A DNA stretch of 64,000 nt from Paraspadella gotoi (taxonomy: Eukaryota; Animalia; Chaetognatha): the NCBI GenBank assembly GCA_051294375.1, contig CM119265.1:13136124-13200123 (forward strand), in the 5' to 3' direction. This document shows positions 1 to 13,666 of this stretch, piece after piece. Numbering within the stretch: position 1 is the stretch's first letter; each line of letters opens with the position of its first letter. Both the position numbers and the translations under genes were made by a program. Under the pieces are notes generated by a model. That model did no database searches. It saw nothing but the letters and a program-made list of their open reading frames with translations, and was not told the DNA's origin.

Positions 1-1249
1 TTTTTTATTATTTGGTATTTCCTTCAATTTTAAACACGCCGGAGAAAGAATCGTATTAAGTTATCTTCGTTACGAGGTTTGACTCGAAAGAGAAAATCTA
101 AATCCTCTGCCAGTTTCCATCTACCCACCACACTTTCCTTTTCCCTATTGTTATTGTCTTACCCTCTCCGCCACACCTTTTGCCGTCCTCTCGCTCTCAT
201 TTCTTGCCCTCCTAAAAAAAGGTGGATTGGAGAAATGCCAGTGGTGAATCTCGGAGTGAAGCGAGAGAAAAAAAGGAGAGAAGTGAGGTTAGGGAAAAAG
301 AAACGAACGCCTTATTTTTTTTTCGAAAGAATAAGGGGGAAATATTAGTCGCGATTACTCTTGAACTTTGTCGAAAAAGGAAGAATTTTATTGGCGGAAG
401 GAAGAATTTTAAAGGCCAACGAAAGAGAGAAAAATCCTGTCTGTGGAACTTGAGAAAACTAAAACAGCGGATTTTAAAAAAGAAAAAAACAGAGAAAATT
501 GGCCATTTTCTGTGTTAGAGTAAATGCCCAAACCCAGAATTTAACCGAGGTAATCCATTTTAAAAATTTTAAAAAAATCCAAAACAAATCGAAAACTTCC
601 TCGAATAGGACCTTCATCGTTCAATCTCTCAAGTGAAAAATGAAGTAAGATTTTATAAGAATTGGTTTACTATTGAAATTTCTGAGCGTTAAGGAATGAA
701 GATGAATATAAAAAACATTTGAAATTATTTGGCAAATAAACACTGCTTATGGACAGAAATTCTCAATCTGAAAGCTACTTCTAATAAAAAACTTTCTCTA
801 AATTTTTTTTCGTAATAATTGAATACAATTTTTATTCGAACTAATTTTTTTCGTATTGCGTCATTGGTTTCAATTTGGTCATGCAAAAGAACGTAGGAGT
901 GCAAAATTGCGGAAGTATACAAAATAGGCGTAAATTCTAAATGCTAAATCGTTGTGCACATTCGCTTATATGACGATAAATCCAAATTAAAACAAAAAAA
1001 ACATAGTTTTCAATGAAAGGACGCAACATTTAACACAGTCACTGTGATTCATCTGCCCGCTAAAAAAAATAACATAGAATAAACATAAGATTGCAAAATG
1101 CTATCCAGAAGGTATTTTTTAAACTCTGGCTATTTTGTTTTTATATTGTTAAGCATTTTTATAACGATGTTTTTCAGCGCTCTATTACGCCCCTGGCGGA
1201 AAAGGCTTTGCCCTGTCGAAATAAAAAGCTCATTTCACATAGTTCAACT

Positions 1250-3215
1250 TCAAAACTTGCGTCGGTCCGCGGCCAGTCGAATCATCTCCGAAAGCAGTTG
1301 GGTTCGTCGGGATCGAGACTCCAGCGGCGCCTCCGAACAGCGTCTTTAAGTCCGAACGAAATTTCGCGGACAAAAGGTTACGAAGAATTTGGCGATACGA
1401 AATTGCAGAGGCGAACCACATTCAGGGGAAAGTCGAGGCGGTGAAGAGGGCGTCATTCGCGGCGAAAGGTCGAAGACGCGGACGCGGCAGCTTCGAGGGG
1501 AAACGCCCGCGCCGGAGGAAGACGCAGGAGCGACGCTGTACCGCTGGCGACGAATTCCGGCGATGGAATTTCCTCGGCGCCTTCTTTCTCGCCCAGAGAA
1601 AGGCGTCAGTCTGAACGATCTTGAAAAAGACACCACTGGAACCCCACATGACAACGAAGAAGGAGGCCGACGACGACGGAAACGCGGAATGACGACGTCC
1701 GTTCCCAATCGGACACTTCCGTCTTTTCGTACAATTCTTCGCTTTTCTGAGTGGAAAAAAATAAATATATTGTTGTTTGCATCGATTTTAACTCAGTTGA
1801 AACCACCTCTTTCACTATTTTACAATTGATTTCTTTAGTGTCACCTAATAGGATTCCGTGAACATCCATCCGTGAACGATGGAGAGGGTGACGATTGGAA
1901 GTCCCGCGACAACAAATCATTGAGGTTACGAAATACCAGCGTTGCCTGGAAACGAAATTAATTTTTAAAAATAGAATTATTAAAAACTATTTAAGTAGGT
2001 TGGGGAATCTTGACTTCAGTCTTGATTCTTTGACTAAGAGAATAAATAATATTATGTCGATTATTTAAATATTAAACATTGAACAACCATAAAAACAATT
2101 CAAAAAATTTACCCTTATGTGAAACGCCATGTCAGCAAAAAAGTAGTAATTTTTTATGGTCGAGTAGAGGAAATGTCGTGGTGCTTTCAATTCAAGATTG
2201 CAAGTTGCAACAAATGTCAATGTGATGGCTTTAAATCAGTTTTTTAAACAAAATCAAACCAAAAATCAACAGCACTATATTTCCTTTCTCCTTCGACTGA
2301 CCTCGTCCAGTCCAAAAGGCAGACGAAAAGTCTCACTGGAGTAGAAGGCCCTCTTGTAGCCGAAAAGAGGCGGACAGCAGAAGAAAAAGGGCCGCGGCCC
2401 AGACGAAGAGGATCCAGCACTGGGCCTTGTTGTGGGTCATGATTGAGTCGTACCTGGGGCGTTGATATCTAAGAAATATGTATAAAATATGTTATTGGCT
2501 CACGAGAATCACAGATACTTATGTATCTTAATTGTTTTATATTAACAACTTTTCTCGTACTTTGTTTATATTTAAATAAATATTAAATCATGGTATTACA
2601 AAAGCTACAACTGCCCAACCAACCTCTCCGGCTTCCTGATGGCGATGTAGTGATCGACGCTGATCCACATCAGAACGAATAGATGGAAGCCCGAAACAGA
2701 TCGTCGCCAGAAAGAAGCCTCCACGTGAACAGACAACGTCGCCAGAAGAATCCAGGTGGCGCCATCAGCGGGGCCGAGGCGCCACTGCGGAGGGCAAAAA
2801 ACAGAGAGGAAACAAAGGGAAAGACGCCGACGCCAGAAGATACAAATCAGCGGTCGTCAGGGAGAGAAAGAAGCTTTTGTTGAATGCTGAGGAAGGGCAG
2901 GATGATGAACAAGATGGGAGGTGGAATAGAAAAAAGAAAATATCCACAAGCGGTTGAGAAAGTATAAAATTTAAGCATTAAGTTTAGCTCGTTCGGGCGT
3001 TAAAGCTGTTTCATCTCGTTCAAGGTTCCTTTTTCGTGTTAGGAAAAAGCTTTAGAAGCCAAGATATATATTGTATAAATGAGATCATGGTGTTTGTTAA
3101 ATTACATATGAACTGTGAAAACAACGACGAAGGCTTATTATGTAACATAAGTGTATAATTATATGACGGAGCTTTGCGAGGGAGGTGTAATCGAATGATA
3201 CAGAGGGGAGGAGAG

Positions 3216-3258
<43 letters not shown>

Positions 3259-4074
3259 AGAGAGGAGAGAGAGAGAGAGAGAGAGAGTTTTATGTACAAG
3301 ACGCGGATGAGATTTCGTTTTGAAAACAACTCAACTCGGATGAAGAGATTCGATCCTCGTGCATTTAGAGCTTTTTTTCATCAAAAAGATAAAAATGGAA
3401 AAAAATTGTTGGTAGAAAATTGTCTCTTTTTTCGATAAAATATCATAATTTAGTTGGTTAAATTTATAAACTTCTTTTTTTTTATTCGACCCCAATTCTT
3501 GACCTTTTTCCTCTCAGCCCGACCACTCGTTCCCGCACCATGAGAATCGCTTTTTCGCCTCAATGAAATTCTACGCGTTCAATTGGAGGCTTCGGCCCTC
3601 ACGAGGTTTGCCAATTTTTCATTTACATAAATTTGGTACTTCTCTCACATTAACTCCAGTAATCGAATTCGATTACTCGCATTCGAGTACCGAGTTTTCT
3701 TGCGGAGGATCGAATGTTAGAGGGTGATGAGAAGAAATTGACCAGTTGCCCATAAAATTATTATCTTCAGCGTGGGAACATGAGATGACCAAATTGACCG
3801 ATAAATTCATTTATCAAAATAAATTTAACTTTCAGCGACCCAGCGTGGAATCATCATACGATCAACGACCGTCGCCCAACATTTTGCTAAATTTAGCTAA
3901 TCATCAATTGAGCCAACGATCCGGTTCTCACCTCCTAAATCCCCTGGCCTTGTAGACGACGAGGATGATGACGACGTTGGCGACGATGGTGGACGACGGC
4001 GACCAACAGAGAACGAAAAGATTCGACGCCGTCAGTTGAAGCGACGGTGACGTCGAGGAAGACGCGCCCGCCAT
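1250..4074 (-). pseudogene. Frameshifted mirror copy of the GPCR gene at 17,303-20,078 (pseudogene or low-quality consensus copy)
   Basis: Same five exons in reverse orientation, but extra bases break the frame, e.g. in the TM2-TM3 exon at ~2,625-2,887 and the last exon at ~1,250-1,746. Confidence 0.8.
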
Positions 4075-4293
4075 CGCTTCCGGTGACTGGGCCAAACTAA
4101 ACAAATATATTGAAAAGTGTAGAATATATTGAAATTGTTGTGAGAGAATAAAAAGAGCATCGCTACAAAATATTATAAAATTTAAACATTTTATCTGTTA
4201 ACTGAATTGCTCTCTCCTTCATCCCCTAGATCAAACAATGAAAATATTCACTTCAAAACGGTTGGCTGAAATTCAAGATTTCAAGTCTCTCTT

Positions 4294-4334
<41 letters not shown>

Positions 4335-5031
4335 ATCTCTCTTCTCTCTCTCTCTCTCTAAAATCTTACCTCTTCAAATTTTTACATTGTTCTTTTCAGA
4401 CTCCCGACTCAAGCTTCCAACACTCTGCAATGTTGTTGATGAATCATTCTTCTGAAACAAAACCGAAAAGCAAAAGAAGATTAAGAAAATCAGAATTCGC
4501 AGCTGATGAGCGCGAAAAAGAAAAATTCGTAGAAGCCAAGTCAGGGCGTGTCGTCCGGGAATGAGCATGCGCCGACCATCAAATTGTTTATTTATCATCC
4601 GCTGAAGGGGGGGGGAGGGTGTGTCAATAACGTCGCTGAACCCGCATCAATGCGACGATTTCGGGGGGCCGTAAACTTGATTATTTTTTGACGATCCGAT
4701 GAGTAATTGACTGGAAAGTCTGAAAAAATCTCTTCTTTTAGGAAATTAAAAAAGCGTGTCGGTTAGAGTTAATGTCAATACAATTTTTTTTGCTAATTTG
4801 AGTTTCGCTATACATCCACTCTAAATCTCAAAGTTCTCCGACTAGGAACGATGAGCAATGAGCCAGATGAGTCCCAAACTCTTTCCAGCTTCGTTCTTAA
4901 AAAATGGCTTTGACTTTGTGATGTCTTTTTTTGACGACTCCAAGGGCGAATGTCATTGAGGGTCAATGAGTGTCAAACTTTGGCATGAGAGCGCAGCAAT
5001 ATTATTCCGAGAATGAGATTTTAAGAGAGAG

Positions 5032-5062
<31 letters not shown>

Positions 5063-7443
5063 CAGAGACTGTCTTTTGTATTTGAATAATTTTTGAAATG
5101 TAAGTTTTTTTTTTTTTTTCTTTTTAATTTGGACGAAACAATGGGAGATTTTTAGCTGGTTTTCTGCCATCTCATTGTTAATATGTTTTCATTCCAAATC
5201 GCTATTTTGATACTTTAATGAATTAAGAATCATTTATTATTCAGTCTATGAAAATCCCTGTTCGTTCAAGACATTGATCAAATGACCATTGCCCCTTTCA
5301 AAGGTCGTCAAAAATTCAAATCTATCGACCAGAGTTTGGTTTCCGCTCAACGAAACGAAAAAGAAGCAATAAAAAAGTATTAAGTTCGCTTGACTGACCT
5401 TCTCTAGACGAAAAAAAAAGAATACATATTTTCTTTAATTTTTCATTTTTTTTTCTTTCATTTTTCCCCTCAGATGGCATTTTGAGGAAAATTTGCCCTT
5501 AATATCGGAAAAAGGTGCTAAGTAATTCAAAGGTTTAATAAAGTTGAAAGAACATGGAAGGATTAAAATCAGCTAACAATTGATTGTTGTTTCGGTTAGC
5601 CATCTTTCGGAAAAAAGGAGGCAAAGATGCGGCGATTTTAAATAAACTCTTCAATTTTCATCCAGGCAAATTTCATCCACTCATTAGCTTGACCGAGATT
5701 CTTGAATAAAGCTCTGGTCATAGCGTGATCGCCAAGACTCTTCCTCTCATGCCGAAAGTTAAACTCTATACATGTAACATTGTAACCAAAGGCATTTTCT
5801 CAATAAAGTCTATATTGGTTTTCGACGTAATATTGCATCTTCTAGTTTTAACAAATTTCGTAATGAACCTCGGATATTTAAGAAAAGTAGTTAATTCAAA
5901 TTAGTCTATGGGCAGAGCTATAAGCAGGATTTAGGTCACCCCTCACTGATCCCAACGGTTTGCCTCGAACAACGTCGCAATAAGCCAAAGAGGGTCACTT
6001 CGCCTTCAGTCGAAATTCTTCTCTAGTCAAATATTTTATCTTTTTTTTTTTAAGAGAGGAAATTCGATTCTTGAGTCCAAAACTCCCGCGAAAAATTCCT
6101 CGCTAAAAGCGATAAAAATCTCATTTTGAAAAAACAGGTCTGGGGTGATAGATGGATTGATGGATGGATAGCTGGATGGATGGAGAGACTGATCCGACTA
6201 ATTTTTGTCCTATGAATGGATGGACGGGTAGAAAATACTTTCTGCCCCTCGCTGCTCAAGTTTGCCGTTTTTTATAAATGTTCAATTGTTCAAAGTATTT
6301 AAGTTTGAGAAAGCAGCAATGTCTGTTTCGCCAGAGGGCTGGCGATTTTTTTTTCACTGTCAAGTCGTTTGGGGCGAAGGAATTAAAGATGTTATTCGAT
6401 TTACGCCGTTTGCTCTCACCGGCAAAGACGACGACTCCGCGAAGACGATTCGCCCTATGAGTGATGACTCGTCACTTTTTCAACTCTGGAATGTTTGAAA
6501 AGATCTCCTAATTTTCTCTGTAAATACGGATTTCGAAATGGAGCGCGAAAAAAAAGGGAGACGAAATTAAATCCGAGTTTAATTCGAGGATGAAAGGGTG
6601 AAGATAATTTTCTAAGGGGGAAGGGGGGAGAGGGGCAGGAAGGGAAGGGGTGGCAATTTTTTTTTCTCTCATCCGTCTTTTAATACATTTTTTTTAGTCC
6701 AGTCGCCTTAGTAGCTATTTCCAAGCGGAATCCTTTGAGCGAGAGAGAGTTTTTTTTTTAAATCAATATTAGCGAGTCGACAGAAACCCTCATTATCAAC
6801 TTTCGTCAATCACCGTCACCGACCAGAGAGGTCGCTACGAGTCGTTCTCAACCTCCCTTTCAACTATTAACGAATTCCGCCCCTTTCACTGACTTTCAAG
6901 AGGAACCTACCCAATCTCATTTGAGATCACACGAAAGTCGCCGAGAAATCCAGTCGTGGAAAAAAAACGATTTTCTTTCCTGCGTGAATAAATTTCCTTT
7001 TCTATTAACAGGTTTTAGAAAAAAAAAACCAATCACTGATTTTCTCTTCAGGACTTGCGTCAAGTCTCCACAACCCTTTTCTTTCTCTGATCCATCAACC
7101 GAACAATCTCACGCAACGTCAGCGACTTTGTCCAAATCCTCTTTCACCAACGCCAACGTCACCGCCACCATCAGCCTCTGTTTAACGCCTCGTAAACGAG
7201 GATTGCAACCGAAGCTGTAAAAAGCGTCAGGATCTCAGGAAAACAAAAGACGTCCATCTGTCGTCCAAAAACTGGTGCTTCCCTCTCGAGCGGAAAAAAC
7301 CTCGTGTGGAACCTTAATTTTTAAATTACAAAATAATGTTTATAATAAATAAACAACAATAGTTGCTACGGACATCCTATCCTGTAGCAGCATGAAGTAA
7401 GTAAAAACAAAGGAAAAGCCAGAGAGAGAGAAAGAGCGAGAGC

Positions 7444-7477
<34 letters not shown>

Positions 7478-7831
7478 CGAGAGAGAGAGAGAGAGAGAGA
7501 ATTCAGAAGAGACTGAGATTTTTCTCTGTCTTACAATCCGACCAGCATTTTCTCATAAAAAACGTTCACTTGCCGACGTATATCTCATTGAATAAAAACA
7601 GCTTCGCTTGTTTGATGGCCGAAAATCAGAGGCACAAATAAACAACAGACGTTGAAACGTAATTCTGGCCGCCCGATGTTCGAAATTTAAATACAAATTT
7701 CTTTCTCCTTTTTCCATTTTACTAAATTGACTAATGATATTTTTATGAATGGTTTTTTACACTTTTGAACTCAAAACTTTTAATCACTTATAACCCAACG
7801 TCTTCATATGAGAGAGAGAAAAGAGAGAGAG

Positions 7832-7904
<73 letters not shown>

Positions 7905-8868
7905 AATTTTTTTGAAGAATTTTTTCCCGCTTGTGCCAAAATTTTTCTCCACTTTGTAGTAAGGATGAAGTTTTTTCATGGTTTTTTTTTCTTTTTATTT
8001 TAAAATTGATGGTTTACTTCTATCGCTGGTTTGGGTTTACGCGATTTTTGTGGAGAAAAAAAATGCTCTTTTTGGTTGACTTCATTATTCGAAAATTTTG
8101 ATGCCAAAAAATTGATTTTTCATTTCTGAAATAACAAAATTTCGTGCGCGTGAAATCAACGAGGGTTTTGAGCTGGCGTTATCGATCTAAAAATTATTTT
8201 TACGGAATTCCTCAAAACTTTTTATAACGTCAAGTGTAAATTTACAAGAGGTAAATATGGATTCCATTTTGGAAGAACGAATGGATGATAATTATTAATT
8301 AAATAGTTGATTAGTTACATATAAAGTGTTGATATCTATTTTGACATGATTAAGATCAAGTGGTACTTAAATTATTTAAATACTTTTAAATTAAAGCTTA
8401 AATTATTTGGTGCCGTGTGTGACGGAGTTGATAAACTTTAAACGCAGAAGGACGTGGCTGCGAAACATCGATTGCGCTCTTGGATGGAAATCAATTTTGA
8501 ATCCTCACGGAATCTTTAAACAATTTTTTTTTTTTTTTTTGCCAACGAACCGCGTCGCTCTCGAGTTTTTTGAAACTTTTAACATTAAAAAGATTAAAAC
8601 AAATGACTTCGTCTCCGAGGGGGGGCGTAATTTATTTAATCCTCTTCGTTAAGAAGCCACAATAAAATTCGTTTAAAATTTTTACGACTTCGGTGCGCCC
8701 AAAGATTCAAAGATCATTTATTTTTTTTAATATTGAATTTTTTTTTTCTTTTCGTGATAATTTTATTCCATGTTTGTGAGAGGGAGGGAGAGAAGGAGAG
8801 AGAAAGCGAGAGGGAGAACGATAGAGAGAGATCGAGAAAGAGAGAAGAAAGAGAGAAAAAGAAAGGGG

Positions 8869-8910
<42 letters not shown>

Positions 8911-9304
8911 TAAGAGTAGAACGAATTAAAGAAATAAAGAAAACAAAATATTTACAATAATCATTGGAAAATGTATTGTTACAATTGTCTTACTATGAAT
9001 TAAAAATGAATTTTATATAGCTCCACATTAAGACACGATCAATTGTGCGGAAGGGTGTAAAGAAAAGAGAGAGAGAGAGAGAGAGGAGAGAAGAGAGAGA
9101 GAGAGAGAAGAGAGAGGAGAGAGAGAGAAGAGAAAGAGAGAGAGTTAGATGAAATTGTGGGAAATATGGAATTAATCAGAACGAAGATGACGTCGATTTT
9201 AATGAAAAAAACATAGAAAAAATGATGAATCAAAACAAATGCGAAAAAAATAGATAGAGACAGCGAATCTTGCCGTCGTTGTTTTTCGTCGTCGTCGTCG
9301 GAAA

Positions 9305-9328
9305 AAAATGGCGGAAGGTCACGTGACC
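9305..9328. promoter_or_regulatory. YY1-like AAAATGGCGG plus palindromic E-box GGTCACGTGACC in a CpG-rich patch (mirrored at ~12,143-12,166)
   Basis: Motifs read directly. Promoter function is inferred from the CpG-rich context only. Confidence 0.35.
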
Positions 9329-10640
9329 GATGCGTCGAATCCGACTCACGGAAAAAACTTGTCGTAGTCGTCGTCGTCGTCGTCTCCGTCGTTCGTCGTC
9401 CTCCGAAAACGCTCCTCTCCTCTATCTCTTTGCCTCTATCGTTCTTAGGCGCTGTATTTTCTCTGAAAAACCGATGATTTCTCTCGCGTTACTTTGTTAT
9501 TCGGTTCTTGTTTTTCTTTCGTCGCCGCCAGGTTCGCTTTTTCGGCTTCGCATTAATCTTTTTTTTTCTGGGGCATTTTTATGGCGGGTAAGAAAGAGTG
9601 AGCTTGAGCGTTTCTCTTAGATAATTATCCTTCGAAAGCTGGGTTAATATTTCTCCTGGCTTTCTTTCTTTCTTTCTTTCTTTTTGCTTTCTTTCTCTGT
9701 TGATTGTTTCCGCAAGGTTATTTCATGTTTTTTTTTCTCGTCCTGTGTTCTCATCTCTCTTCTGCTCGTCGCGGCCCCCCGTGCGTCTTATCTTTCTCTC
9801 TCTGCTCGGTTCTCGTCAATTGCTCTTTGATTATTGCCAACGGTATTCACGTTTTTCGTGTGTATCCTTTCGCATCGTCGGAGCACATCCGTGTTTATTT
9901 TTTTTATCTTTTTTTTTTCGCGTTCAGAAATACTGATTCGCTTCGCGTCACTCCTGTTCCGTTTCTCTCCCCTTTTCCCTTTATCCGTTCATCTGAAGTC
10001 TATTTCTTTCCTTCCTTTCCTTCCATAACTCATTCCTTCGTTCCTTATCTCCCTCTCTTTATTTTCTCTTATCTTTTTTCCTCCTTCCCTTCCATAAATT
10101 TCTTGTCCTTCCTTTTTCTCTTCCTTTATTTCCTCCCATAATTCGTTATCCTTATCACTTTTCCCTTTTTATCTTTAATGTCTTTATTTTTTTTTATTTT
10201 TTTTTTTAGTAAAGAGAATTTTTTTTTGACAACGATTTTTAGTTTAATATTTTTTAAAATTGTTTTTTTAAATTCTCGTATAAAATTACGAGAAATTGTT
10301 GGTAGATAGTCCTACAAAAGAAGCTTTATCGAAAATATACATATTTAGAAAATAAGCATTACTTTTTAGTCTAATTAGTAATAAAGGAGCCGAAAGACGG
10401 GAGATGCTTACTAATCCGTTTTTCAAATGTTTGTTCCGAGTTAATGCTACCCCCTTCATGTTCCTAGAATAGGAAAAATGGGGGACCACCCTTAAGTGGG
10501 AGGGATCGGGACCCAAAGAGCAAATGATTCAATCAGCCAATCAAGGAAACCTTAGGTCTAAAGTGAAAAACAAACGGACTTAAGGAAAATATGCCGGAAA
10601 ATGGTGGGTGGCTGGAGAGAGAGAGAGAGAGAAGAGAGAG

Positions 10641-10674
<34 letters not shown>

Positions 10675-11696
10675 GAGAGAGGAGAGAGAAGAAAGAACTG
10701 CAAAGAAAGAAAAGAAAAATATTTTTGTAACTTCCATATGATACAAATATCAAATAAAATCTGTCTCTTCTGACATAGACTTTGTTTAAACCATTTTTTC
10801 TCTCTCTCTCTCTCTCTCTCTCCAGCCACCCACCCATTTCCGGCTATTTTCCTTAAGTCCGTTTGTTTTTCACTTTAGACCTAAGGTTTCCTTGATTGGC
10901 TGATTGAATCATTTGCTCTTTGGGTCCCGATCCCTCCCACTTAAGGGTGGTCCCCCTTTCTCCTATTCTAGGAACATGAAGGGGGTAGCATTAACTCGGA
11001 ACAAACATTTGAAAAACGGATTAGTAAGCATCTCCCGTCGCCTTTCGGCTCCTTTATTACTAATTAGACTAAAAGTAATGCTTATTTTTAAATATGTATA
11101 TGTTTCGATAAAGCTTCTTTTGTAGGACTATCTACCAACAATTTCTCGTAATTTTATACGAGAATTTAAAAAAACAATTTTAAAAAAATATTAAACTAAA
11201 ATCGTTGTCAAAAAAATTCTCTTTACTAAAAAAAAAAAATAAAAAAAAAATAAAGACATTAAAGATAAAAATGGAAAAGTGATAAGGATAACGAATTATG
11301 GGAGGAAATAAAGGAAGAGAAAAAGGAAGGACAAGAAATTATGGAAGGGAAGGAGGAAAAAAGATAAGAGAAAATAAAGAGAGGGAGATAAGGAACGAAG
11401 GAATGAGTTATGGAAGGAAAGGAAGGAAAGAAAAATAGACTTCGGTAACGAACACGAGAAATGAGGAGGAGGAAGAGGAGGAAAAAAAGAAGAGGAAGAA
11501 ACGGAACAAGCGAAGAGTGAAACGACGTCGAACGTCAAATCAAGTTTTTTCTTGTAACTTACCCGAAAAAAAGTTCAAATAAAAATAATATCCACGGTTG
11601 TTGGCGTCCGACGATGCGAAGGATAAACACGCGAAAAAAAAAACGATGAAATAACCTTGGGGAAAACAATAAAAATCAAAGAGAGATATGAGAGAG

Positions 11697-11745
<49 letters not shown>

Positions 11746-11758
11746 AGAAGAGAAAGAA

Positions 11759-11802
<44 letters not shown>

Positions 11803-12322
11803 CCAGGAGAAATATTAACCTAGCTTTCGAAGGATAATTATCTAAGAGAAACCGCTCAAGCTCACTCTTTCTCTACCCGCCATAAAAAAAAAGCCCCAGA
11901 AAAAAAAAGATTAATGCGAAGCCGAAAAAGCGAACCTGGCGGCGACGAAAGAAAAACAAGAACCGAATAACAAAAGTGAAACGCGAAGAATCATCGGTTT
12001 TAGACGGAAAATATCAGCGCCTAAGACGATTAGAGGGCAAAGAAAGAGATAGAGAGAGAGAGACGTTTTCGAAGAAGACGACGACGACGACGACGACGAC
12101 GACTACGACAAGTTTTTTTCCGTGAGTCGGATTCGACGCATCGGTCACGTGACCTTCCGCCATTTTTTTCCGACGACGACGACGAAAAACAACGACGGCG
12201 AAGATTCGCTGTCTCTATCTATTTTTTTTCGCATTTGTTTTTGATTCATCATTTTTTCTCAATGTCTTTTTTCATTAAAATCGACGTCATCTTCGTTCTG
12301 ATCATATTTCCATATTTCCCAC

Positions 12323-12410
<88 letters not shown>

Positions 12411-12586
12411 CTTTTACACCCTTGCCCACAATGATCGTGATCTTAATGATGAGAAGCTATATAAAAATTCATAATTTTATAATTTCCAATAGTAAACAAT
12501 TGTAACAATTGTAACAATTTTAACAAATTCCAACTGTAAACAATTGTAAAAATATTTTTGTCTTTCTTTTATTTCTTTAAATTATA

Positions 12587-12633
<47 letters not shown>

Positions 12634-13587
12634 CCCCTTTCTTTTTCTCTCTTTCTCTCTCTTTCTCGATCTCTCTCTATCGTTCTCCCTCTCGCTTTCT
12701 CTCTCCTTCTCTCCCTCCCTCTCACAAACATGGAATAAAATTATCACGAAAAGAAAAAAAAAATTCAATATTAAAAAAAATAAATGATCTTTGAATCTTT
12801 GGGCGCACCGAAGTCGTAAAAATTTTAACGAATTTTATTGTGGCTTCTTAACGAAGAGGATTAAATAAATTACGCCCCCCCTCGGAGACGAAGTCATTTG
12901 TTTTAATCTTTTTAATGTTAAAAGTTTCAAAAAACTCGAGAGCGACGCGGTTCGTTGGCAAAAAAAAAAAAAAAAATTGTTTAAAGATTCCGTGAGGATT
13001 CAAAATTGATTTCCATCCAGAGCGCAATCGATGTTTCGGCAGCCACGTCCTTCTGCGTTTAAAGTTTATCAACTCCGTCACACACGCACCAAATAATTTA
13101 AGCTTTAATTTAAGTAATTTAAATAATTTAAGTACCAACTTGATCTTAATCATGTCAAAATAGATATCAACACTTTATATGTAACTAATCAACTATTTAA
13201 TTAATAATTATACATCCATTCGTTCTTCCAAAATGGAATCCATATTTACCTCTGTAAATTTACACTTGACGTTATAAAAAGTTTTGAGGAATTCCGTAAA
13301 AATAATTTTTAGATCGATAACGCCAGCTCAAAACCCTCGTTGATTTCACGCGCACGAAATTTTGTTATTTCAGAAATGAAAAATCAATTTTTTGGCATCA
13401 AAATTTTCGAATAATGAGTCAACCAAAAAGAGCATTTTTTTTTCTACAAAAATCGCGTAAACCCAAACCAGCGATAGAGTAACCATCAATTTTAAAATAA
13501 AAAGAAAAAAAAACCATGAAAAAACTTCATCCTTACTACAAAGTGGAGAAAAATTTTGGCACAAGCGGGAAAAATTCTTCAAAAAAT

Positions 13588-13666
<79 letters not shown>

